A stretch of 61,114 nt of DNA, filler included. It is 12 parts of 12 records of this genome, joined end to end, with 100 filler letters (N's around TTAATTAATTAA, not from the genome) between each part and the next. Parts side by side here need not be neighbours in the genome. Positions count along the whole stretch, not along the records: positions 23,123 to 27,951 come from SRR15195285_4159; positions 28,052 to 32,374 come from SRR15195285_4160; positions 32,475 to 38,442 come from SRR15195285_4161; 9 more parts are not named here. One strand, given 5' to 3'. Made by a program: the position numbers and the translations under genes. Under the pieces are notes generated by a model. That model was not told the DNA's origin and ran no database searches. It saw only the letters and a list, made by a program, of their open reading frames with translations. Of this stretch, positions 23,174 through 34,319 are shown one piece after another (the stretch's first letter is position 1; each line of letters starts with the position of its first letter).

Positions 23174-26100
23174 ATGATGGACAGTGGCGTGTCACCTACA
23201 CGGCACAGTACAGCACGGGATGATGCACTGTACGAAGAGGCGTACCAACCCTCTTTCCGCCGCCGCATCCCGGGTTCGAAGTACACCATCTCAGAGGTGG
23301 ACATCCTTGAGGCCACTGACGAAATCACTCTACGGCGGCTGGTCGAATTGCACCGCGCAAAGCCAGGCAGTCGTGGCGAAGGCGGTGTCTGCTGTGCGAA
23401 GAAGGGCCTATTGGAGGAATGGTCTTGGACTCCAAGCCTGGTGCAGGCAACTAAGGAAATCCGGTAAGGCACTGCATGGCCGGCCCGACATGCCCGCACC
23501 GCAGCTGACTTCGCTGCTCTGTCGTCGCACGCAGGGTAAACCACCCCGAGCTTTTGTGTGACGCGGCGCCGGGCACACAGCGTTCTCCCACAAGCTGTGA
23601 CACAGCCGAAGAGGAGGGGCTGCCACCACTTCGAGTTGGTGCCACGTCATTGAACCTCTCCTGTCCTACGTGGGCGAGCGAGGTGAGCCAGTCGTCCAGA
23701 GGTCCCTTACTACAAGACGTAGATCAGGCCGACAACGCGCTGCTCGCAGCGTATCTCGGACCGGAGGGAGATCAGGTGTGCCCTGCCAAGTGCCATTCTT
23801 GTTGCTGCGGTCCACCCTCCAGTGGCCTCTGAGCCAGGCCTGTACTGTATGCCACGGGTGTTCTGGGCATGCGCGCAGGCGCGAGGTCTACCGCCCAACC
23901 CGAATTACTTCGAGGCTAACGAGTATGCGGACTTCTCAACGAATCTTGGGCAGATCCAATGGATCCGGGCCGAAGCCGAACTGGCAACACTGCACCTGCT
24001 GCACTACAACCGCAAGAAGCTCATCGATGACATCTACGCGGCTGATCGGCTGCTCTTCGGGAATGATTGCAGTCTCTGTTGTGACCGCGAGGAAGCGGTA
24101 CACAAGGTTATACATCACATCCCGGACGAACGCATCGACCAGATGAGCCTCTACCAGTGCCGCAGGGAGCTGAGGAGGCGCGGGTACTTCAAGCCGCCGT
24201 ACAAATTGAGCATCTCAATTGACCAGGCCCAGCAAAATTTCATGGACGGCTTGCCGACAGTGAGAAGGTTAACTGAAGGCGAAGCGCAAGGGCTCCTCAA
24301 GCTGATCGGCCACGACCCACGCTTCAGGGGTGCCCAGCCAATCGTGCAGCCCTCGTCCCACGAGCGCCATTGCACGGACCTTGTCTGCTGCCTCATGTTC
24401 TGGCTCTACTGGATCGGGATGATGGTCGTCATGCTGATTGCCTGCTCTATAGGCGACACTTCCCGCCTGATCCAGCCAGTCGACTACCGCGGAGACGTGT
24501 GCTACAGTCCCTCCGATTGGTGGCTCCCGACTGGGAGTTACATGAACAAGTACGGGAGTCACGGGAGACAGATGTATTACCCACAGATGGCTGTGGACGC
24601 GGTAAAAATGCATCAGGACTCGGAGTATGCCAGCGAGTGCGCCGACTCAGTTTCGGGCTGCTTCTACGGAATTTGCCACGACGGGTGCCCGACCAAGGGA
24701 GAGTACATCTGCACTTACGAAGTCCAGGCGGCGATTGACGAATTCTGCTCACAGTACGAAGAGGATCAACGCTCGTGCGTCGTAGGCCAGCAGGAGGACC
24801 ACAGCCAGAACGGCTGCTGGCTTGTCCATCTGAACTCAGTCGAGATCTTCAAGCGTTGCCTGCCGTGGGAGCCCGCGACGTCCGAGACATCATCTTACAC
24901 CTACCTGCGTCATCACCTCCATGAACGAGCATGGCTTGCGCACGCCGGGGCTGACATCTACCACTCTGCCATGCTGATCACATACGCGGGGCTACTCTTG
25001 CCTGCCGTCATCTCGATGCTCTTCATTGTGTTGGTGACATATTTAGCCGGCATCGTAACTTGGGCCATGCTCATCTCGGGGCAGCTTGTATCCATCGCCA
25101 CCACCCTATTCATGGCACAGCAGTGCGGTCTGATCAACAGCGCTTCCATGTGGCGCACGGCCGAGCTCGGAGACTCCACCACTGCGCAGGCATTTCTTGA
25201 AAGCTACTCCACATTCGGCGAGATGGACGAGGAATTCAGCGGGAGCAACAAGTCCATTTGGATGATCGCATTCTGGGTTTCTCTGATAGTTTCGGCTGTG
25301 TACAGCTTCTGTCTGCTCGGCCTGCGTAAGCAGATCGCGCTGGCTATCGAGCTCATCAAGGAGACTGGCCGGACGATCGCCACGATGCCAATGATCCTGG
25401 TTTATCCGGCGATTACCTACCCTGTGTTATTGGTCACGTTCGTCTGCTACTTCTTCATCGCGGCGTATATCATCACCATCCATCCTTGGATACGTATGGA
25501 TACGCATGATACGACCTACAGCATCAACGCGACCTACAGCATCGTGCAATCAGAGATTGCCGCCCAACCGATCGTTGACTTTAATTCTACTATGACCCAT
25601 GAGGACCTCGAGAGACCCGAGGAGATGCGTGGTCTCCTCCTCTACCATACACTCGGCTATTTCTGGGTGTCGGCGTTCATCAAAGCCATCGGAAAACTGA
25701 CGATCGCCGGCGCGATCTGCTCTAACTACTGGATTACGAACCCGACGTGCGTGGACTCTCGGGTGAGTGATGCCTTCTTCCGCTCGATCCGTTACCACGC
25801 TGGTACCGCGGTCTTGGTGGCTGCGATCAGTACGATCATTCGACCCTTGCGCACCATCATGATGTACGTCGACCGGCAGATCGAGCAGTTGCAAAAGGGC
25901 AACATGGCTACGGCGATTGCGATACAGCTCATCCAGTGCTATCTCTGGTGCTTTGAGAAGATCGTCCGCAGCATTTCTGATGCCGCTTTGATCATGGTGG
26001 CGATCGAAGGTCGCAGCTTCTGTCCCTCCGCCTTGCGCTCCTTCAAGCTCTTGTCCTCTAACTCGCCGCAGATCGCCATGACTGAGAATATTGCGCTGCT

Positions 26101-26497
26101 CATCATCGTACTGGCAAACATCGTTATCGTCGCCTGCTGCGTCATGGTCACGATGTTCTGCATCAACAACATGTCCATGTACACCTGCGTCGGCCTCCAG
26201 CTAGGTGAGACGTGCGACAATTATGTCGGAAACGCTATAATCCCGTCGATTTTCGTCGGCGGCACGTCGTTCGTGATCGCCTCCTACTTTGTGCAAGTGT
26301 ACAGCGTGGCGATTTCGACGGTTGTCCTGTCGTTCTGCCTGGATGAGGACAATTTCAAGGGCGGCAAATACAAGGCAAAAGTGAACTCTCGTGGCGAGCC
26401 TGATCCTCGTATGTTTGCTCAGATCAACGGCAAGATCAGACTTGCACACTTGCTAGGCCGCACTGCTCAGAATCGCCGAACCGTTTCCAGACTCTGA
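23174..26497 (+). CDS. Choline transporter-like protein (SLC44/CTL family) with long N-terminal extension
   Basis: RHCTDLVCC, PVDYRGDVC, IAGAICSNYW, RYHAGT, CYLWCFEK, AIEGRSFCPSA; about 10 TMs. Introns 23464-23534 and 23776-23878 link the upstream exons in frame. 3' end uncertain. Confidence 0.85.
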
Positions 26498-26689
26498 ATT
26501 CAAGCGAACTTCAGTCGTGATACTGCCATGACATCCATTCGTCTTCAACGCTCGCTCAACTGTTGCTGCATACCACCGGTGCCTCCCAGATGCCTCCAAT
26601 ATCCATGCAGACATTGGCAATGCCACCGGGCAAAAGGCCCTCAGCTCCATCTCTTGTCGAAATTACAGATATGTCTGGGTCTGGGTCAG

Positions 26690-27286
26690 CTAGGACGGGC
26701 AGGCGCGCCATAAAAATGACTGGGGAGGGGGGGCGATACAGTAACCACACGTCAAATCACACGCGCCGGGCATAGTTCCCAGAGGTCCGAAGTCGGCGGC
26801 GCAGGTCATATATCCACTCGCCAAAAGATGTTCGCACCCCAATCGGTTGTCTTCGCATGGTGGCGCCCCGACTTGAGTTTCCGCAACACCATTGAGCTGT
26901 GCGTCGGGGCAGTGCATGTCCGCGAGGGCTTCCAGAGCGACCGTGGGGGGGATGGCCAAGCAGGCACTGTAGACGGAATCAAATTGACCCGCGACTCCGT
27001 CGGTGACCCCATCATCTTCGTCAAACAACTTGTCAATCACAGGGTGGCATGTGTTGATGAAGGGTAGAATTTGTTCTGCGCACGGGATGTCGCACGAAAC
27101 TCCCCCCGCACAACGAGACCCAGGGTTGGCAGACGCTGTGAAACAGCATAGTGTGTCCAACTCTTGAACAGTAGTGGGCAGTGCCCCCCAGTCGCAACTA
27201 TGTGTGTCGGTCACGGTGGGGATGTTGAGTTGTTGCGCGGTGCCGGTAGCCAGAAGCATCATCAGGGGTATGAAGCGCATCACCAT
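26690..27286 (-). CDS. Secreted Cys-rich protein with C-terminal ShKT-like domain
   Basis: Signal MVMRFIPLMMLLATGTA; Cys-rich helical domain (C..L...V..LD.LCC..CD..CA..ILPF...C); CEDNRLGC..C..CDLTCGYC. Confidence 0.6.
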   Translation of the reverse strand: MVMRFIPLMMLLATGTAQQLNIPTVTDTHSCDWGALPTTVQELDTLCCFTASANPGSRCAGGVSCDIPCAEQILPFINTCHPVIDKLFDEDDGVTDGVAGQFDSVYSACLAIPPTVALEALADMHCPDAQLNGVAETQVGAPPCEDNRLGCEHLLASGYMTCAADFGPLGTMPGACDLTCGYCIAPPPQSFLWRACPS

Positions 27287-27327
27287 CTTCGCCTCTCGCG
27301 TCTGTCCCCCCCCGTCTGTTCGGTTAG

Positions 27328-27851
27328 ATGCCATACGACGCAAGTAGACACGGCGCCTACAAGGACGCTTACGATTTCCATTTTGAGCAGAATAGAAACC
27401 AGGCGCAGCAGTGGGTCGACAGATTAAAGCGAGAGTATTATGATGATGGGAACGCCGTAGGAACGACCAAGCTCTTTGATGCTGTCAAAGCCTTGCACCC
27501 CGCTCCTGGTAGCCATCCCACCAAACGCTTCGTGAGAGAGTGGCTCCGTAGACAGGCCGGTCACCAGTTAACCACTAGACCCAGTCGCAAACGTGGTTCC
27601 GACATCCACTGCTGCCAAATGTTGAGCCCACGCTCCACAAGGGCGGCGCGCACCGCCAGGCAGATATCATCGTGCTTCGTCTTATTGGAGAACACAAAAT
27701 GAAACACCTGGGACCCCCACTCTTGTCGCGACCGTTTCAATCCGTCTTGAAAGCAAATGAAACAAATGGAACAAATGAAACGTGTCAACACTCAACGGCA
27801 CAAGAGGAACCCTTGGAAGCCATAGACCTTGATGAGATTTACAAGCAGTAA
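27328..27851 (+). pseudogene. Degenerate Polinton/Maverick-type (RVE) integrase remnant
   Basis: LKREYYDDGNAVGTTKLF..PTKRFVREWLRRQ..HQL matches the N-terminus of this integrase class. After a frameshift near 27600-27610 the -1 frame reads PLLP..HRQADIIVL (first catalytic-Asp strand), then similarity is lost. Confidence 0.7.
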
Positions 27852-27951
27852 CAAATAGAATTTAAATAGATACAAATGGATTTAAATGAATACAAATAGA
27901 CATCATAAGGTAAAACCCTATCCTGTCAAAATCCCGATATATCGGGGGGTT

Positions 27952-28051
27952 NNNNNNNNNNNNNNNNNNNNNNNNNNNNNNNNNNNNNNNNNNNNTTAAT
28001 TAATTAANNNNNNNNNNNNNNNNNNNNNNNNNNNNNNNNNNNNNNNNNNNN
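27952..28051. other. Artificial contig linker
   Basis: N44-TTAATTAATTAA-N44. Confidence 0.98.
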
Positions 28052-28074
28052 AAGCCGATCACAGTGATGTCGGC

Positions 28075-28186
28075 TATTCCGACGCCCAAGTGGAGGGTGA
28101 AGACTATTCCGACCGAACGCCCAAGTGGAGGGTGAAGAATATTCCGACCAAGCGCCCAAGTGGAGGGTGAAGACTGTTCCGACCAA
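28075..28186. repeat. About 35-bp minisatellite, about 3.3 copies
   Basis: Unit tattccgac(cgaa)cgcccaagtggagggtgaagac repeated head to tail. Confidence 0.9.
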
Positions 28187-28417
28187 TGTATTCTATCATT
28201 TGAAAACAACTCATTTCACTATTACTCAAAGCACCTACGACGAGGCCCACACCATCGATGCGATAGCATGCGGAATGATGGCCTCGCCAGGGCAAGCCAC
28301 TTGGACTAGCGAACGTGGCATAGCCCAAAAGAGCATGATAAGCTGTTGATTGCTCAGCTTGCCCAAAGCCTCACGTCACGAATGCCGAAAGCGGCGGCAC
28401 GTGCGGGGTACTAGCAG

Positions 28418-31400
28418 CTACTCTTTGCCATCCGCCCAGAAATTCTTGTACTTCAAGAATCTTGTTCGCGCCTTCTCTTGGGCTCGTCCTGATGCTCTGC
28501 CACTCGGTCCCGCGTCATCCATCCCATACAACTTCTTGAGACGAGCTAGCCCTATCAAAATGAATGGCTTGTTCTTCAGAAGCTCTTTCTTCAATGCAGA
28601 CTCACGCAGTCCCTGCAGTGCCACCACCCACCCATTGGCGCGCAGCCAACACCGCCACAGATGAGTAAGATGGCAAGCCACTCAACTGGCCAGCAGCGGC
28701 AGCCGAGCGCGTAGCACAACCGAGCAAGCAACGCGGTGACTTACCTTGACCTCGAGGGAGTCAATGAGTTTCGTTAACTCATCTTCTGTAACAACTTGTA
28801 CCCACTGATCTGACAATGGCACACCATTGCCATTGCCGTTGGCTGCGAAAGCGCCCGCGAGACTGCCATCCGCCTGGCAGAATCTATTACTAGCAGTGAT
28901 GCTGCCGCGGTTAAGCTCCACAAAGAGAAGGTTGTCGTCAGCTGTGGCTGGTTCTCTCGGGCGCAACAACCAGTACTGGTTGTGATCTCGGTCGAACCCA
29001 AGCGCCTTGCCGCGCACCTGCAGCTCCTCGAGAAGTGTAAAAAACCCGTTCATCTTCTTCTTCTGGTCAATCTGCTTCTTTCGCTCTGCGGCCTGCTCTC
29101 TCTTTGTTGTGGTCTCTAATGCTATTTCTTCCCGTCGCAATCGTTCGCTCGACGCTTTCAGCTCTTTGTTGTGAAGGACCAGCTCCTGCCGCGACATCAT
29201 TTCGGTCGGTTGCATCTGGAGGGCATCATTTGCAGCACGCAGCTCCGTCAGCGGGTCCGGGGGTGCTTCAGGCTCTAGCGGCTGCGGCTCGTCCTCTTCT
29301 CCATTCTCGGCCGCTGCGGCCGCAGCCGTCTCGGCTCGCTCAGCTTCCTCTTTGGCCTTCTCTTGCTCTTCCTTTTTCTTCTGTTTTATGGCCAGCTGCA
29401 TCTCTCGCAGTTGTTTTCGGACTAGGTCCGCCTGTTCCAGGGTGGATTCTAGCTGCGTCCTCGACGCCTCCGATGATAAAGCTTCGTCGACCAAGAACGC
29501 CAGCACCTCTAAAACTGTCTCCAGCGGGGCCTGAAAGCCAGATAGGGCACCGCGTGCGAGCCCAGAAAGGTCCGGAATCCGCAAACTGTTCATGTGCATC
29601 ATCGTTTTGCCATCAGCGCCGTTGCCCGAAGACTCCTCCTTCTTTAGCGCCTCGAACTGCGCGAGCTTTTGCTGGACCACCCTTATGAAAAAGTCGGCGT
29701 CGTCGCGGAGCTCTGACCCGTCTGGGTTGTACAGATACGCATTCTGCTGTAACAGCATCCAGTCGTCACGGAACGACTCCAGATTTGTGTACGTGCCCTT
29801 CTCTATGTTCTCGATGATGATGCGCATACTGATTGGATTTTTGACGATTTCGTAGTAATCAGGATAGTGTTCCTTAGGAGGCAGGTCGAAGAAGAGCTCT
29901 GCTCGTGAGCGTGCGCCGTCGTGTGCCTCCCTTGTAATCTGCACGATGCTCGTCAGCAATGCTTTCATCTCGGTAGCTGTGTACAAAGGCTGATCGTCGG
30001 TGGGCTCCTCGTCAACCGCCATGTCATCACCACCAGCCGCTTTTGCACCCGCAGTGTCGGCATCAGCGGTGTCGGCTGTGGTGTTGCCTGTAGCATCTCC
30101 TGTGGCCGCGTCAGCGATGGCCTCGGAGGGTTCGCCTGCCGTCCCAGCAGCGCTGCAGGGATCCGTGCCCGCTGGCGTTTCGCTGCTCACCCCCTGGTTC
30201 TCTGGCGGCGAGACGGAGGTGCCGTCCGTCGGTGAGCCTGGTTTACTGACTCCGTCTGCCTGCTTCGTCTCGCTTGCTTCGCCTGAAGATTGTTCTTCCG
30301 CATCACCGGGATAGGCAAACGCCGAATCGTAGACTACGTAGTGCTTATCAGAAAGCGGATCATCGTCCTTCTTCCATTTGACAGGGAAGTTTAGCCACGG
30401 TTGTTGATCCCGCGCATGCTTCGCATACTCTCGCTTCTGGACAATTTCCAGCCGCTTCGTCAACGCCTGCTGCGCTGCAAGGTCGAGATATTGCCGGAGT
30501 GTGTCTTCCCAATTAGCCCTGCTGGGGTTCAGTGAGCTGACTTCCACCTCCAATATCCATTCATCGCTCGTCCACTGGCTCTCCGCGTTGCCTTCGTCTT
30601 CAGACTTAGCCAGCTTGCGGCGGCCGCTGGCTAGCCGCTCAGCGTCGTTCTGCGCTTGTTGAAGCACAATTCGAAGTAGACAAACAAAGGTCTCGCTCAT
30701 CAGGGTGCACGGTCCATGGTTAAGAGCTTGGTCAAAATCCTCGAATGTGAACGGGTGCAGGTTCCACCAACGCGAAAATGTGTTTAGCGCTGACCACACC
30801 GTGACGGCACGACTAAAGTTCGCACCGGTTGTACTGATGTTCATCGAGAGCGAGGTCGGCAGCGCCAGCGGCGGCGGTTGGATCCCTTCTGCCACCAGCA
30901 GCTCGTCTGACATCGGGTACTTGGCTTCCTCGATCTTCCGCTGCCTCTCCTCTGCAAGCCGTTGAGCCCTTTCTGCCCGCTCGCGCGCCTTCCGCTGCTC
31001 GGCAGACTCTGCGGCAGCCTGGCGCTTGGCTTTTTTCGCGATCTCCGCGCGGTTCACCCAGTCATCATGCTGTCGCTTGAGCGTTGGCGGCAGCTCCTTA
31101 CCGATGGAATACTCATCCGCAATGCTCGTGCGGACCAGCCACGGCCCTGAGCCGCCCCAGTTATTCTTCGACGCGACAGCCCGAATCGCGTTTTTGATGA
31201 GCGTTTTGTTCGCTGGGATCTTCTGCTCCGGCTTCATAATGGCCTCCTCCTCCACGATTATGTCCGTGCGGTTTGGCTCGTCAAGCCACACAACCTCGTA
31301 CTGGGTGCTCGCGTGCGCGGTCATGGACATATCCATGTCGTCGTCCTCATCTTCACCAGCACCGGCTGCGGGACTGGCGTCGCCGCTCACTACCTCGCGC

Positions 31401-31801
31401 ACGATCCGAACCTTCTTGACGTCGTCCCCGTCCAGCACGTCCAGCTCTTGCCCTTCCACATAATGCTCGCTGAAATAGTCAAAGACATCGGTAGTGAGCT
31501 CCTCGATGCGCTTCGTGTTGAACTGCACTCGATTGAGCAGCGCCAGAAAATGCGACTGCGGAAACATCTCTATCCACTTTGTCGCGCCGAGCTCACTCTC
31601 CAGCGCCTCCTCAAACGTGAGCGACTGCTTGCCTGTGAACTCGCACGTCCATGCTCGCTGCCGGTAATGCGAAACCGCAGCAATGTAGTCTTCATAGCGT
31701 TCAAAGACCTCGCCTGTGTAGCGGCACACCCACACCTCCGTGCCTGGCTTGAGGTCTGGCATGGGCTGGGCCACAAACTCAACATCGTTTTGAAACGGCA
31801 T
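28418..31801 (-). CDS. BAZ1A: ACF1/BAZ1A/Itc1-like ISWI accessory subunit (WAC, DDT, bromodomain, WHIM1, WSD)
   Basis: WAC (YTGEVFERYEDY..WTCEFTGKQSLTFEEALESE), DDT (VWSALNTFS..LHPFTFEDF), bromodomain (YPDYYEIVKNPISM..NAYLYN), LGFDRDHNQYW. Intron 28744-28613 gives LEVK|GLRESALKKEL. Confidence 0.85.
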
Positions 31802-32374
31802 CGCACCACCCCGCCCTCACTCAGCCAGCGCCAACCCTCTCCCAGCAGCCGGAAGCACGGAAGGCAAGAGTGCCCCCCCTTGCCTCGCGCACTCCCGCCG
31901 CCTCCGCCTCCAGCGTCCCTCCGTGCCACACCACCCCACCCCTCAAGCCAGCTGTGCCAGCCCAACCCAGTCGACCCGCCCCGTCCGCCCACACACCCTG
32001 CGCCGTCCCAGCGCAGCGTATCCGTAGGCGCAGCTGCTGGCCCTGCCCAAGCGCTATTGACGGATACGGAGGAGGCGCCGCCAATCAGCGCCGCCGCCGC
32101 TCCGCCGCCCGCCATTTGGAATTCGAGGAGATCGTGACTATCGGTCGAATCGGTACCGGTAGCTGCTAGATCTCTTTGATAAGCTAGCCATTCATAGTAT
32201 AATACTAGTACTATTCATGAATACCGTGAGCCCCGCCGGTCTCGATCTACCCGGATTCGATGATAGCATTGATATCAATGCTACTGTAGTAGGTACCGAA
32301 TCAGCGCCGCCGCCGCTCAGCCGCCCGCCATTTGTCGAATTTGTCTGGAATTCGAGGAGACCTCCAGGGATGAC

Positions 32375-32474
32375 NNNNNNNNNNNNNNNNNNNNNNNNNN
32401 NNNNNNNNNNNNNNNNNNTTAATTAATTAANNNNNNNNNNNNNNNNNNNNNNNNNNNNNNNNNNNNNNNNNNNN
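32375..32474. other. Artificial contig linker
   Basis: N44-TTAATTAATTAA-N44. Confidence 0.98.
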
Positions 32475-33056
32475 AATGAAATTGTCATTGTCATTGTCAT
32501 TTTCAATCAATGCTACCGGTACACTGTACTACATGTATCATAGTATGCATCGCGTGTGTTGAGCTGCATTCAAACACACACACTGAAAACCGTAATTCGA
32601 ACAATCAATGCATACCTGTACCTCGGGATTGAATTGCATCTACTATCAATAGACTCTCCCCTAGCTAGATCTAGGACTTGGAAGCACGCGCCCGCCGGCG
32701 CGTGCGTATGCGTGGGTCACCCGGCGACCCCACGCATGCACGAGGTGCCTTCGTTCATCGATCGGTATTTTAGCAGTGTCGTGCCTATAACCCGCGCATT
32801 TAGCTCTAGCTGGAGGGCCAACGTGCACAGGTCGAAAGTTGAAAACCTTGAGTAGACCGTCACGGCGGGGGGCAATGAATCGCCACGGTCGGTGATGATC
32901 TTTCGGTGTGCTGGCTGGCCACCAGCACGAGGTCCATCACCAGCTCCTGTGCTCTGCAATACGGCATCATCAGTGCCTACTCCGACAAATACATGCAGCT
33001 TGTACTTCCTTCTCTTGACCACTGCTCAGTTGTGCATTCGAATCCTGCACTGGTAG

Positions 33057-34193
33057 GAGCAGATCCGTTGGCTGTTGCGCTTCCCTGCGGCACAGCCTGC
33101 TGGTGAAGCGCCGGGTACTTTGCCGTTATCGAGGAGGCACCAGCCTGGGCGCGCATATCGCAAGGCAAGCGCGCTCCAGGTGCTGCAGCGGCTTCTGCCG
33201 CCCAGGCTTGCTGCTGCTCTGCCACCGCGCGCGACACGGCCACAAATTATTGGGAAGATTGGAGTAATTCGCATGGACGCGGCAGCGGAACTGCGCAATT
33301 CACGATATCTGCCACTGCTTGGGCAGGTTGTGCTGGAGAAGAACCCGCAACTTGAGACTGTCGCACTTGAGTCGGCACTCAGCCCAGACTACTCTGCTGG
33401 TGGGGGCCGAGACCCTTACAGCCTTCGTGAATGGCAAATTATCGCAGGGGTGCCCTCGCTGCAGACTACTGTGATAGAGCACGAGCGGAAGTTCACTGTG
33501 GATCTTCGCTCGTGTTTCTGGAATGGAAAGCGTGGGGTCGAGCGAGGTCGACTGGCAACAGAGATCCTCGAATATTGCCGAGCATTATTACAAGCACGTG
33601 TTGGCTTTTCACGCGCGCCTATGTCGGTTCTAGTTTGTGATCTGACTGCTGGCGTTGGAGCACTTGCGGTCCACATTGCAGCTCGTGCAGCTGCTGGCTC
33701 AGTTTCCGTGGTGGTTGCAGCAAACGACTGGAACCAGGCAGCCAGCGCGATGGCGATGCACAACCGTACCCGAAACGACCTCACAGAACAGCAGCTGCAA
33801 GTGGGTAGTCTACCCGTGGCGGTCTTTATACGTGTTCTGGCATCGCAGCCAGAGCGGTGGTGCGACGGTGGCGCTGTGCTGATCTTGGACGCACCACGGC
33901 CGGAGGGGATCAGTGACCTGCTCCACTCGCTCCGTCCATTGCTACAAGCCCACACTGCTATCGCGACTACGGACGTGTGTCCTGCTCCGCTACGGCTGGT
34001 CTTGTACGCAATGGCACCGCCAGAGATGCTGACAGCCGAAGCATGGGAGACAAGGTTGATATTCGAGTGGGCGGTGCAGCCATCGAGCGGCCAGTTGACA
34101 GTAGACGTGAAAACGGTACGCTCAGTAGCAAAGGGATGGGAGCTAGTGTGTGTGTCTGTAGATTGGCTGGCCTGCAGGATTCCAGATGGCTGA
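33057..34193 (+). CDS. Trm5/TYW2 (Met-10+)-like SAM-dependent tRNA-modifying enzyme, divergent; 5' end unresolved
   Basis: IIGKIGVI..VLEKNPQLETV, TTVIEHERKFTVDL..FWN...VER.RL, CDLTAGVGALAV, ANDWN. Confidence 0.7.
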   Translation, partial: EQIRWLLRFPAAQPAGEAPGTLPLSRRHQPGRAYRKASALQVLQRLLPPRLAAALPPRATRPQIIGKIGVIRMDAAAELRNSRYLPLLGQVVLEKNPQLETVALESALSPDYSAGGGRDPYSLREWQIIAGVPSLQTTVIEHERKFTVDLRSCFWNGKRGVERGRLATEILEYCRALLQARVGFSRAPMSVLVCDLTAGVGALAVHIAARAAAGSVSVVVAANDWNQAASAMAMHNRTRNDLTEQQLQVGSLPVAVFIRVLASQPERWCDGGAVLILDAPRPEGISDLLHSLRPLLQAHTAIATTDVCPAPLRLVLYAMAPPEMLTAEAWETRLIFEWAVQPSSGQLTVDVKTVRSVAKGWELVCVSVDWLACRIPDG

Positions 34194-34319
34194 TATGTTC
34201 TTCACGCACTTGCTGTCGGAGCGAAACCAAATTTTGCGCTCTGCAATTCAGGCATTATTCGCGAATAGATAATCATTCATTTCATAATGACCACAGTATA
34301 GGTGTTAACATTGCTCCGT

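Noticed and set aside
28075-28186. CRISPR array
   Set aside because: Units are contiguous with no unique spacers, no cas genes are present, and the context is eukaryotic.
32853-33056. Stop-codon reassignment (TAG read-through)
   Set aside because: TAG appears to terminate other genes normally (BAZ1A-like, acyltransferase, SLC12A9-like), and the long ORFs need no reassignment.
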